Made by a program: the position numbers and the translations under genes
Shown: piece by piece, positions 30,901 through 39,707 of the stretch
Layout of the letters: each line of letters begins with the position of its first letter
Numbering within the stretch: position 1 is the first letter of the stretch
Source of the DNA: a virus
Lineage: Duplodnaviria; Caudoviricetes
Strand: one strand, 5' to 3'
Length of the DNA stretch: 64,000 bases
IMG/VR virus record: IMGVR_UViG_3300013426_000023
Location: 1 to 64,000 of that record
Notes under the pieces: model-generated
Told to the model about the DNA's origin: nothing
Databases searched by the model: none
Seen by the model: only the letters and a program-made list of their open reading frames with translations

Positions 30901-33900
30901 AACATTCTGCTCCTTCAATACTACCATCTTCATTTCTAAGTATTCTTAAATCATTTCTAAATCCAAAATTTGATGCTAAAGTTGCCTTACCACCTTTAAT
31001 CTTTTGTTTAGTTATATGATTTTTAAATATAGAATTTACTAATTCTTGAATTTTAAGAGTAGTTGATGGATTATGTAAAGGTATATTAAATGATTCTACT
31101 TCATGACCATTAATATTTCTTTTTACTATTTGAAGTGCATTAAGTATATCTCTTCCATACTTAGGATTACCTTTAACCATTTGCATAAGTTCTTTTTGTA
31201 AATCCTGTATTGAATTAAAATAACCTCTTATTTCATTAAAGTCTTGAATAAGATTTTCAATAATTAAAGAATTATAAAATTTTCTTATCTCATTTTCACC
31301 TTTTTCATTCTTAGCTTTCAACACTCTACCATTCAATGTAATTTCCATACCTTCTGGCATGTCAGACAAAATAAGATTTCTATATTGTGAACCATAAATA
31401 CTACTTGCATCAAAAAGATGTTCAGGAGTAGGCATTTGAACAACATAATCATTATAAGGTATCTCATGAACAACACTTGTGTTATATCCATCTTCATTGA
31501 TTATATCATTACTCAATACCTTTTGTCTAGTATTTTCTTGTAATATATTATATACTTCATCCTCAGTAGGTTCAAAATAATTTATTACTGTATTATAATC
31601 ATCTTGTGATATATTACCTTCGTCAAGTGCATTATCAAATGCCTTTTTAATATCATTCCAATTTTTTACACCTTGTAGTGGTATTGTTATATCACCTAAT
31701 TTAATAGCTTGGTCCTTTATAACTTTATCTACTTTGTTATGAGATATATTAATGTCAATGACACCTTCACCACCAGCTTTTACAGCAGATTCAAATTGAA
31801 TTACATCAATATTATTATCTTCCATGAATCTATTCATTGCTCTAAATTTCGGTGATTTGTTCATAACATTGTTTAATATGTCATAAGCTGCTAATAATAA
31901 GAACTCACTATTCTTATTTTGATGAGGAACTTTTATATGACCACCTAATCCATCATTTTTATCTATCTGTGTATATACAAATGGTTTTATTGTTTGCCAT
32001 ACAATATCAAAATCCTTTGAATCATAAACACCTTCTTTAAGATGTTCAAATGCAGTTTGCATATCATCTGTCCACAAACCCATCATATCTAACATTGCCC
32101 TATAGGAACTAAGACTTCTATATGCTTGAGCATCTGTTTGATTTATATCTTTAAATTTATCAAGTATTGTAAGAGCTTCTTCTTTTGAAAGCCTCTTTTC
32201 TTTTACAGCTTGTTCAATATTCTTTTTAATATCTAAATAATTAGTTGAAGTAATTATATTATCTTTGATATATATAGTTCTTTCAATTTGTCTTCCATAT
32301 TTAGAATTAATATTTAACTTTGAACCAGCAGCATAAATTTCTTTATATCTTTTTTGAAAATCAACACCATTTTTATAATAAGCTAAATCTGTTGTTGTTA
32401 TCTGTATTATTTGTGATGTTGCAAAATTTTGATTCCAAAAGTACTCTTCCAATTTATCCATAGCTGCTTCTTGTGTAGTAGCTACTCCCATATCTATAAG
32501 TTGTTGTGCTAAATTTCTATCATTATAAGAATCTAAATATTCTTTATAATTATTATCCATAATTTCAGAAATAGCAGAATTTAGAAATTCATCAAGAGCA
32601 TCTTTATCTTCTGATAAAGCATTTATTGCTTCTTTAAAAGACATTTCAATTCCATATTCATTGACATAATCTCTATTTTCATCAGTTATTTCAGATTTTG
32701 TAAAAATCTCATAATCACTTGTCCTATAGTACTTATTTGTATTTAATTCTGGAAAGAAATTAAATAATTTACCTCTTTTATCAAAATTTTGTATCTTCAT
32801 TATACCAGATTGGTCTCTATTTTCAACAAGTTTTATTCTTTCAATCTCTTGATAAATAACTTGTCTAAACATAGGAAGTAATTTTTGTTTAAATGTACCT
32901 TCATTATCAGTTACTTGTTTTGTAAATCTAATGAACATTGCTACTGGAGAATCTGAAAATATAGGAAAATTATACCAAGCATATTGTTTCTTTGCTCCCT
33001 TATTCTCTGGTATACTAAAATATTCAGTTAAAAAAGCACTCTTTATTTGATTTGGTTTCCAATCTTCATAACTATCTGAATCCAATGTATTTATTTCTTT
33101 TATTGCAATGTGTGACCTTACATCTGAATCAGATTCTATTTGTCTTAGCCATTCATTCTTCCATTTATTATTTTCTTTATCATAAAACCAATTATAAGCT
33201 TTAAATTCTTTATCAAGATATTCTTGTCTTCTTTCGTCATTTAAAAACTTTTTTATTTGAGTGTTTACATAATTAGGAGCAGAATAAGAATAATAGGTTT
33301 TACCATTATTTCTAAAAGATTGTATGTTATCTAATTCTGTAACAGTACCTACTAATTCTGCAATATTAGTATATTGTTCTTTTAAGTTTTCAATTAAATG
33401 GTCATTTTCATTTAATTCTTTTGCTTTATTAAATATTTCCTTAAGATTTCTTATTAAACTAAGAAGATTATTTTTACCATTTATATCATCAAATAAATAA
33501 GATATATCATTCTTAGATGTATTAAAACCAACCATTCTAAGAGCATTATTTATATTGTTGTAAATAGTATCAAGATTATCCTCATCAAAGTCTTGTATTA
33601 ACTTAAAGGATTTATTCATTAATCCAATACCAGTATCACAGTTTGAATCTATTATTTTACCATTACTGTCATAAATACTATTATTTGACATCATATCATT
33701 ACTTTCATAATTTCTAATAACATCTGTCATAGTACTATCAACACCTACAGCTTGATTAAGAGATATTGTTTCTGTAACACCTTTTTCTTCATTAAACTTC
33801 TGAGTCCAATATGGTATGAAATCTTTTCTAAAATCTGTATAAAATAAACTTATTAACTTAGGGTCTTCTAAAAGTTTATCTATTACTTGATTAACCCAAG

Positions 33901-36784
33901 TATATTTTTGAGCAAGTCTTTCCAATGCCAACAATCTATAATTACCATTTTCAAGCCTACTAAAATCATTAGGGTCAATCATATTTGATAAAGCATTTAT
34001 AATAGTTGCATGAGCAATATCTTCTCTTACATATCTTGTGAACCCTAAATCATCTACATCAATACTACCATCAGGTCTTAATCTCTTAATGTCTCTCAAT
34101 ACAGATTTAGTACCTTGTGATATTGATATATGTGGGTCTACTTCTCTTACTTTAAAGGACCAACCATCATTTCCACTTACAGCTTGTCCATTTTCATTAT
34201 CTCCTGTTTGTTCTTCGTCATTATTATTTTCTGTTTCAGTGTTTTCAATAGTAGAATTGTCTTCATCTTTATTTTCTTTATCTATTACTATTCTAACACC
34301 TTCATTCATTTCAATATAATTACAAGCATCTTCAAGAAGATAATCAAAATAGTCTAATGTATTTTGGACTTTTTCTCTTATTAATTTTGGTTCTTGTCCA
34401 TATAATTCTTGAATTTCCTCATCAGAATAATCAAGTATGTCAGAGAATAAAGATTTAATATTGTTTGCAATGTTACTAAATCCAATTTCACTTATTGCAA
34501 ATTTTCTACCATTTGTATCTTTAAGTCTAAGAAGTTTTTGTTCTCTTTGCTTCTTTATTTCTTCATTCTCAGCATTTGCTATTTCATCTTCTGTTTGTTC
34601 TATTAATTCATCATATATAGAATCAAGCTGATTACTAAATTCTCTCGCTATTGAATTTACTCTATCTGTATATTCTGTTGTACTAAAAATTCTTGCTATT
34701 TTTACATAAGCACTTTCTGTATCAATTTTTACATTTCTTTCAGCATCTATATATGGTACATCTTCTTTTTCTTCATTACTTATATCAATTTGGATTGGTC
34801 CTTGAATTTTTGCTGTATCTTTTGATAAATCGTAAGGTTTCACATCATTCCAAAATTTAAACCATTCTTCACTTATATAAACATTTTTAGGCATTTCTCC
34901 TGCTGCTTTGAAGAAACTAACCATTTCTTCGCCAGTATAACCATTTAAAGTTTTCTTCTGTATTCCATTTCTATAAGCAATTTTAAATTGTTTACTTGGT
35001 ATCCTCTTCGCAGTTTCATACATTTTTTGGATATTTGTAATTATATCTCTTGGAGAAATACTTCTAAAACCATTATTAGCTTTTATTCTAAGGTCTTTAG
35101 TAGGTAAAGCATAACTATTTCCTTGAATACCTTCACCTTGACCATAATGAGCACCAAATTGTTCTCTTGCTATTTTTGCAGAACCAGCACCATGTCTTCC
35201 TTCAGGATTTGAACCAAATACAAATATTGTATTACCATCATTAGTTATATTACCTGTATAATGATTTACATATTTATTTTTCATTTCAAACCTATTTTTA
35301 AAAGAAATTTCATCAGAAATATCATTTCCTTGTTTATTTCTATATGTCCATTTTGATGGAGCATTTACTGTAGTTTTTATACCTAAATATTGACCTGCTT
35401 TTGCTCCTGCTTCATCAATACCAGTTTGTCCTCCAGTTCTTATTTCAGATATAGTAATTCCTTTATTTTGTAAACCTTTAATAATATCTATTAATTTAAT
35501 ATCATATTGGAATTGATTTTTACTTAATGAATAAATACCATTACCTGCTATATTAAGTTTAATATCTTTTGTTTTACCTAATGCAGTCATTTGGTTATAT
35601 ATAGAATCAACTATATCATTTACATTTTTAGTTATATTAGAAGATACATATTTACCTTCTGCACTATATTTAGTTAATTTTTCACCAGCTGTATCAAAAT
35701 TTTCAGCTAAAGCTATTGTTATATCTGACCATTCAATATTTTCTCTTGTTCTATCAGAATATTTAGATGAAGTTGATTTAATGAAATCTATACCTTTTAT
35801 ATTAAGGTTTTTATTAGTTTTCGGATATATACCTATAGAATTTAAACCATCTTCTGTAGCTCTAGTTTCAATAGCTATTTTATCAAGTGTCATTAAATCT
35901 TTACCTTGTTTCCAATATACAGCTCTATCATTATGTTGCACATGACTATTTTCATGTATTAGTAACATTTTTATAATGTTTTCTTTATTTTCAAGAGCTT
36001 TAAATATTTCACTTTTATCATATCCTTTTGATATTAATTCTTTTAATACTTCTTTCTTTTGTTCAGACGATTTTGATTTAATGTCACCATTAAGATAATG
36101 TCTAATCTCATCAGTGGTTATTCCTTCTCTAATAGTTATTTCATTAGTTTTAGAATTTGTACCAGCTAAAATATTATTTGCTGTAACAGGAACAATTTTA
36201 TAATTTATAGTTGTGTCTGTTCCATTGATATTAACAGTTATAGAATTTGTTTTAGGCTTAAACTCTTCCTTAAATCTCATTTTTGCCTTTACCATTTTAT
36301 CAAATGCCTCATCAAGATATTTATCTCTTGTTGTTTGGTCTAATTGTGTAATATCTTGATTATTTTCAAATAAAGATTTATAAAGATAGAGATTAAATGT
36401 ATAAATTGCTTTTGGAGAATCAAATTCCTGAGCATTTTCAATCATTTTCTTACTTTTGTATGTTGTGTTATACCAAGTATTGGCACTTATATTATCATTA
36501 AAAGTTCCTAATTTAAATCTACCATTCATTATAGTAACAATTGGAGCATTTGGTTTAAGCTCAATTGTATCATAAATAGGCAAGTCCAATTCTGCAATGG
36601 CAGCTCTTTCTTTATTATTTTCAATATAATGTTTTATATCATTATCTGATGGTCTAAGATAAGCATTATTAGCAATAGATTTCATTGTAGATATAATATT
36701 ATTTAATATATCTGCGTCCATGTTTAATCTTTTTGCTTGTTCTCTTATATCTTTAGTGATAAAAGTACAAAAAATTCTATTCAT
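27956..36784 (-). CDS. Virion-packaged two-barrel RNA polymerase with N-terminal accessory domains
   Basis: Catalytic GEDFDIDG (DFDID at 30638-30652), RIPTE, TDAQAY, FESAVK, VDNVKDP motifs of crAss-type RNAPs. Confidence 0.9.
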   Translation of the reverse strand: MNRIFCTFITKDIREQAKRLNMDADILNNIISTMKSIANNAYLRPSDNDIKHYIENNKERAAIAELDLPIYDTIELKPNAPIVTIMNGRFKLGTFNDNISANTWYNTTYKSKKMIENAQEFDSPKAIYTFNLYLYKSLFENNQDITQLDQTTRDKYLDEAFDKMVKAKMRFKEEFKPKTNSITVNINGTDTTINYKIVPVTANNILAGTNSKTNEITIREGITTDEIRHYLNGDIKSKSSEQKKEVLKELISKGYDKSEIFKALENKENIIKMLLIHENSHVQHNDRAVYWKQGKDLMTLDKIAIETRATEDGLNSIGIYPKTNKNLNIKGIDFIKSTSSKYSDRTRENIEWSDITIALAENFDTAGEKLTKYSAEGKYVSSNITKNVNDIVDSIYNQMTALGKTKDIKLNIAGNGIYSLSKNQFQYDIKLIDIIKGLQNKGITISEIRTGGQTGIDEAGAKAGQYLGIKTTVNAPSKWTYRNKQGNDISDEISFKNRFEMKNKYVNHYTGNITNDGNTIFVFGSNPEGRHGAGSAKIAREQFGAHYGQGEGIQGNSYALPTKDLRIKANNGFRSISPRDIITNIQKMYETAKRIPSKQFKIAYRNGIQKKTLNGYTGEEMVSFFKAAGEMPKNVYISEEWFKFWNDVKPYDLSKDTAKIQGPIQIDISNEEKEDVPYIDAERNVKIDTESAYVKIARIFSTTEYTDRVNSIAREFSNQLDSIYDELIEQTEDEIANAENEEIKKQREQKLLRLKDTNGRKFAISEIGFSNIANNIKSLFSDILDYSDEEIQELYGQEPKLIREKVQNTLDYFDYLLEDACNYIEMNEGVRIVIDKENKDEDNSTIENTETENNNDEEQTGDNENGQAVSGNDGWSFKVREVDPHISISQGTKSVLRDIKRLRPDGSIDVDDLGFTRYVREDIAHATIINALSNMIDPNDFSRLENGNYRLLALERLAQKYTWVNQVIDKLLEDPKLISLFYTDFRKDFIPYWTQKFNEEKGVTETISLNQAVGVDSTMTDVIRNYESNDMMSNNSIYDSNGKIIDSNCDTGIGLMNKSFKLIQDFDEDNLDTIYNNINNALRMVGFNTSKNDISYLFDDINGKNNLLSLIRNLKEIFNKAKELNENDHLIENLKEQYTNIAELVGTVTELDNIQSFRNNGKTYYSYSAPNYVNTQIKKFLNDERRQEYLDKEFKAYNWFYDKENNKWKNEWLRQIESDSDVRSHIAIKEINTLDSDSYEDWKPNQIKSAFLTEYFSIPENKGAKKQYAWYNFPIFSDSPVAMFIRFTKQVTDNEGTFKQKLLPMFRQVIYQEIERIKLVENRDQSGIMKIQNFDKRGKLFNFFPELNTNKYYRTSDYEIFTKSEITDENRDYVNEYGIEMSFKEAINALSEDKDALDEFLNSAISEIMDNNYKEYLDSYNDRNLAQQLIDMGVATTQEAAMDKLEEYFWNQNFATSQIIQITTTDLAYYKNGVDFQKRYKEIYAAGSKLNINSKYGRQIERTIYIKDNIITSTNYLDIKKNIEQAVKEKRLSKEEALTILDKFKDINQTDAQAYRSLSSYRAMLDMMGLWTDDMQTAFEHLKEGVYDSKDFDIVWQTIKPFVYTQIDKNDGLGGHIKVPHQNKNSEFLLLAAYDILNNVMNKSPKFRAMNRFMEDNNIDVIQFESAVKAGGEGVIDINISHNKVDKVIKDQAIKLGDITIPLQGVKNWNDIKKAFDNALDEGNISQDDYNTVINYFEPTEDEVYNILQENTRQKVLSNDIINEDGYNTSVVHEIPYNDYVVQMPTPEHLFDASSIYGSQYRNLILSDMPEGMEITLNGRVLKAKNEKGENEIRKFYNSLIIENLIQDFNEIRGYFNSIQDLQKELMQMVKGNPKYGRDILNALQIVKRNINGHEVESFNIPLHNPSTTLKIQELVNSIFKNHITKQKIKGGKATLASNFGFRNDLRILRNEDGSIEGAECYMPFYTKKMFANVLVDVRDKQGNVIGQKLDVNRLSDDLKKMVGFRIPTEAHYSMLPLIIKDFLPQQNGSSIMLPADITQIAGEDFDIDGRFLFIPESRLENYDFKKAFRDFKKSHSVNNNGSLAQADKDGVLSSLLEELQGKEKNEEQEETFKEWFNANKEDYKLDKPRLKKVRYNMNKSSKENSRAARNNMLIDLGFAVLTARETAEKINSPGNFDKAKAEARRADILNDITLIDAYMKDRKITKLSDVNSKLFSESLEYLDKFLSKYKEEKNPLTVDTFIYNHHQNTTGGKLIGIYANNNTAHAKFQATHLGIAEKNQFKMDGVVFNSLSLKTININGIDVSILMNCAQLSAASVDNVKDPILASLLQNENTASIGGTMLAMGMSLKQMGVMMTSPFVRNFIENGFGINDLKILENQILEYCKRFNLKLDSIDNNITSKEIADSILYYKRIDWNNITSSNIESIKIEDKNVIDILKSSLEAANRFLNIAKIARDYSDLIRISRADSPNGAMKRSIAQTTNQLHNVDRFQVNSNKSDFTLVGTEDCVKNNVVSLEDTEDELRRKLNSKPLSMLQAFHSLGIDLGSSLESKVFIQLSDSVKEKVNILYKNSAYNSLSDSLLEKFYSDLTKFALSKTKMFGNDENRTFTEKRDYYLYKFPKKFIEIKLNPKYKEIANIGIIKKLSVKKGKIVMENSGKITGTLREIYMGDFERLLYMDNPYARQFATDLLSYSFYLDGLNFGPRSYGNFFSTIFLNSFPELIDALTDMNSNINTNMYSDYMNQFYANYWNESGLLPSYFPKETPVKDTDGAILIPKTICTNKNVVEEDYYPLIVVKNSNPITGDIVEELYKYDETLDTAKAKRYYPVKVHNPNQGVKYDANMTYQEMAEIETDKKLIDDNRALDNNNIVITGNTEEDTTGINKKDDNVPTETIQDDGGLFEILGNTNALQDLKEFSQLDQQDDEIQEFIQQGKDNTKEIKCS

Positions 36785-36811
36785 ATTACTTACTATTTTA
36801 ATTTATTTGTT

Positions 36812-36845
36812 TGCAAAGTTAATACTTTTATAGTTAGTATCAAAA
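36812..36845 (-). promoter_or_regulatory. Bacteroidota promoter for the RNAP/cargo operon
   Basis: TAACTTTG (-7; 36821-36814) and TTTG (-33; 36844-36841). Confidence 0.75.
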
Positions 36846-36865
36846 CTTATTATTATTTATGTTAA

Positions 36866-36910
36866 TAAAAAATAGGGAATCCATAAACAAATAGTTTATG
36901 AACTCCCTAT
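36866..36910 (-). terminator. Rho-independent terminator ending the replication/metabolism operon
   Basis: ATAGGGAGTTCATAAAC-TATTT-GTTTATGGATTCCCTAT then T-run on - strand. Confidence 0.85.
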
Positions 36911-36917
36911 AACATTA

Positions 36918-37793
36918 TTAACATATTTCATCAAATGATTGTTTTAGCTTATGTGCTAAATCATACATTTGAGGGTCTACAGTTGATACATCCCTTAGTT
37001 CAAAAAAATGTTCCCAATCTTTATCAAATCCACACATATATAGTTCTGTCTTAACATTATTACTTAACACTACTCTTGCTTGTTGAGGTGTTTGATGTTC
37101 CTTTAAGAGAGAGAAATATGTGTCTTCATTTTCATAAGCACTAATTAAAAACTTTTCTGATATTGTTGTTTTACATTTTATTTCTTCTGGATATATATTT
37201 TGATAATCATTATAAGTAAAGTTACCTTCTTTAATATTCATCCAACATGGAATAATATAAGTAACTTGACCATCAAATTTCTCTTTATTATATGCACAAT
37301 ATCTTTGACTTTCCATCACGAAACTAAATGCTCTATGCCTTGTAAGCTCCTGTGCAATTACCCTTGATGTTATGAATCTAACTGTAATTCTCTTAGGGAA
37401 GTTATCATCATTATTCTCAACAAAATAATCAACTAATCTTGGACATACTTTCAACATTCTTAGATAATATGCATAGTTTGTAGTGATATACATATTTATA
37501 CCTACACGTACAAATCTAATCCACATAAAATTATACAAATTATTTTCAATAAGTACATCTTTTAGTGCACTAAATGTTGGATAAGACATCTTTAAGTGAA
37601 CAGTACCAAATTCAAATGTAGTGGTATGTCCCTTGCTACTAAGCATATCTATGAACTTAAGATATGATTTATCTGTAATCTTATCTTCGCTCTTATAGGA
37701 GATTCTTGCACATCTTTCAATATGTTTCTTGATTCCCATTAAAGAGAAATCTGTTTGATTAATGATTTCAAAGCTTTGTTTAATTAACTTCAT
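36918..37793 (-). CDS. thyX: Flavin-dependent thymidylate synthase
   Basis: ELTRHRAFSFVMESQRY, PQQARVVL, WEHFFELR, PQM motifs. Confidence 0.92.
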   Translation of the reverse strand: MKLIKQSFEIINQTDFSLMGIKKHIERCARISYKSEDKITDKSYLKFIDMLSSKGHTTTFEFGTVHLKMSYPTFSALKDVLIENNLYNFMWIRFVRVGINMYITTNYAYYLRMLKVCPRLVDYFVENNDDNFPKRITVRFITSRVIAQELTRHRAFSFVMESQRYCAYNKEKFDGQVTYIIPCWMNIKEGNFTYNDYQNIYPEEIKCKTTISEKFLISAYENEDTYFSLLKEHQTPQQARVVLSNNVKTELYMCGFDKDWEHFFELRDVSTVDPQMYDLAHKLKQSFDEIC

Positions 37794-37795
37794 AG

Positions 37796-38368
37796 TTATA
37801 CATAATCTAAAAGTAAAACACGTTCATTATCTTCAGCGTAATAATAATAAGTTTGCCTTGCATATCTATTGCTAAGTTTAGCAAACTTCTTAGTACCAAA
37901 TATATATTGATACCATTTAGCACTAACACTTGCATGATATTCTTTGACTTCTATAGAAGGTTTGAGAAGTTCTTTCCATTCCCAATAGATGATAGCAGAA
38001 TCAATATGAATATCCTCAAATAAATAACATTGAAGAGTATTTATAAAATAAATAAACTTTTCAGTTTGAATCTTATAGTCTTTTGGCTTTACTCTCTCGT
38101 CAAGTATTATTCTTAAATAAATAGTATTATCAACAACATCATTGAATATTTTAGCAAGAGCATCAATATTTATTAAACCATAATCTACTTTATTATGAAC
38201 TATATGCCAATCAGTACCAACTAATCTAATTCTAATATCAAAATATCTAACTCCAGCATCATATTGAGCTTTGATATTCTTATCTTGACATTTATTCCAA
38301 AGTCTTGTAATCTTCCCCCAAAAGTTCTTTGGAGGAAGGTAAGAAAATGTATTATGAGAACCAATCAT
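37796..38368 (-). CDS. PI-PLC-like phosphodiesterase (X-domain)
   Basis: GSHNT..CQDKNIKAQYDAGVRYFDIRIR..HIVH motif. Confidence 0.8.
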   Translation of the reverse strand: MIGSHNTFSYLPPKNFWGKITRLWNKCQDKNIKAQYDAGVRYFDIRIRLVGTDWHIVHNKVDYGLINIDALAKIFNDVVDNTIYLRIILDERVKPKDYKIQTEKFIYFINTLQCYLFEDIHIDSAIIYWEWKELLKPSIEVKEYHASVSAKWYQYIFGTKKFAKLSNRYARQTYYYYAEDNERVLLLDYV

Positions 38369-38556
38369 AACGGCATATCAATATAATTTTGAGTATTATG
38401 GTCATATATATCTGGTTCTTCTTCTGTAACCATATATGACACTTCACTATCTTTAAAATTATTTGCTTTAAGCCAAGCAGTAGCTTCCATATCTTCAATG
38501 TCAGCTACCTCTATCTGACCAGCAGCATAATTCAATATACTTATCCACATAGTCAA
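38365..38556 (-). CDS. Hypothetical protein
   Basis: 63 aa, tightly packed, ATGA overlap. Confidence 0.6.
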   Translation of the reverse strand: MTMWISILNYAAGQIEVADIEDMEATAWLKANNFKDSEVSYMVTEEEPDIYDHNTQNYIDMPL

Positions 38557-38871
38557 TCATTCTAAAGTTATACACTTCTCATCAACAACCCAATCAGACA
38601 GGTCATTAATCTTTGCCTGTATGTTCTTGATGTTTTTCCTTTTCTTATATTCCTCAAGGAATGCCTTCATCTGCTCTGGTGAGTAATACTGAGTATCAAA
38701 ATCACTCATCAGTTTTCTATCATCATCTTCATCACCTTTACTTATGGTAAGCTTCACAGTCTTACTCATGGTAATACTGACAGTAGCTTCCACTGTGACT
38801 TCCTTTTCTTCTTGATTCCAAGGAGCATTATTCTCCTCACTTTGCATTAGTGTTGGTGTATTTGAACTCAT
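38557..38871 (-). CDS. Hypothetical protein (APWNQ motif)
   Basis: Packed in operon; likely start MSSNT. Confidence 0.6.
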   Translation of the reverse strand: MSSNTPTLMQSEENNAPWNQEEKEVTVEATVSITMSKTVKLTISKGDEDDDRKLMSDFDTQYYSPEQMKAFLEEYKKRKNIKNIQAKINDLSDWVVDEKCITLE

Positions 38872-38876
38872 ATTAT

Positions 38877-39062
38877 TCAGCATTTAATACTATTTGATTG
38901 CTCCACTATCATGTCTCTAAGTTCCTTAAACTTCTTAGCCACTTTTGGGTCAACCAATCTATTGTCCACAAAGGAGCAGCTTGAAGTATATGTCATATAT
39001 AAGTCACATATCTTCTTAGCTACTCCATATATAAGTCTCTTCCTATTCTTGTTAGTGTCCAT
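38877..39062 (-). CDS. Hypothetical protein
   Basis: Likely start MDTNKNR at 39062, 1 nt after upstream stop; longer ORF call overlaps neighbour. Confidence 0.6.
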   Translation of the reverse strand: MDTNKNRKRLIYGVAKKICDLYMTYTSSCSFVDNRLVDPKVAKKFKELRDMIVEQSNSIKC

Positions 39063-39063
39063 A

Positions 39064-39264
39064 TTATTTAACTTTAGTAGGCTTTCTTGGCTTTCTCTTA
39101 GGTTTATCCAACTCAATGTACCTATCACATATCTCAATGATTCTCCTTGCATAGCTTGCAGCAGTGCTGCTATATTCTGCACATTCCTCATTGATTGTGT
39201 CAGCCCATGACTTAATCTGAGTTATTGATAGCCAAGCCTCTGCTATTTTCTCTTTCTGTGTCAT
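39064..39264 (-). CDS. Hypothetical protein with basic C-terminal tail
   Basis: 66 aa, fits operon spacing. Confidence 0.6.
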   Translation of the reverse strand: MTQKEKIAEAWLSITQIKSWADTINEECAEYSSTAASYARRIIEICDRYIELDKPKRKPRKPTKVK

Positions 39265-39266
39265 AG

Positions 39267-39707
39267 TTATGAGATATTACATAAAACTTTCTCAAAGTCT
39301 GTATAGTTATTCTTAATATCTGATACAAACATTTTCATGAAGTTAAGGTTCTCTACATTAGAGAGCATATCGTTATATTCTTCCTTGTACTGTACTAACT
39401 GTTCAATACATTCAGAGTTACCTGATGAGTGTAACTCATACTCATGTATCTTATGAAATAAGTCCTCAATCTCTCCGTCAAGCTCCACTATGGCATCCTT
39501 AAGGCTCTCTTCAGTAAGTTGGGTATATACACCTTCATTGCCTGCCCATACAGGATTTAGAGCCTCAGATATTGCTGAGTAAATAGGATGATTTCTACTG
39601 AAGGAACAGAATAACAAAGGCTTGTTTACCTCACTAACCAAGGGGACATCCTTTGGCTTGTCACAATTGCCTTTTGGCACTAAATAAATGTTCAGATAAC
39701 TACTCAT
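39267..39707 (-). CDS. Hypothetical protein
   Basis: MSSYLNIYLVPK start, coiled-coil C-half. Confidence 0.65.
   Translation of the reverse strand: MSSYLNIYLVPKGNCDKPKDVPLVSEVNKPLLFCSFSRNHPIYSAISEALNPVWAGNEGVYTQLTEESLKDAIVELDGEIEDLFHKIHEYELHSSGNSECIEQLVQYKEEYNDMLSNVENLNFMKMFVSDIKNNYTDFEKVLCNIS

Noticed and set aside
38877-39264. Programmed frameshift joining the overlapping ORFs 38877-39191 and 39064-39264
   Set aside because: Overlap disappears using ATG 39062, 1 nt after the upstream stop
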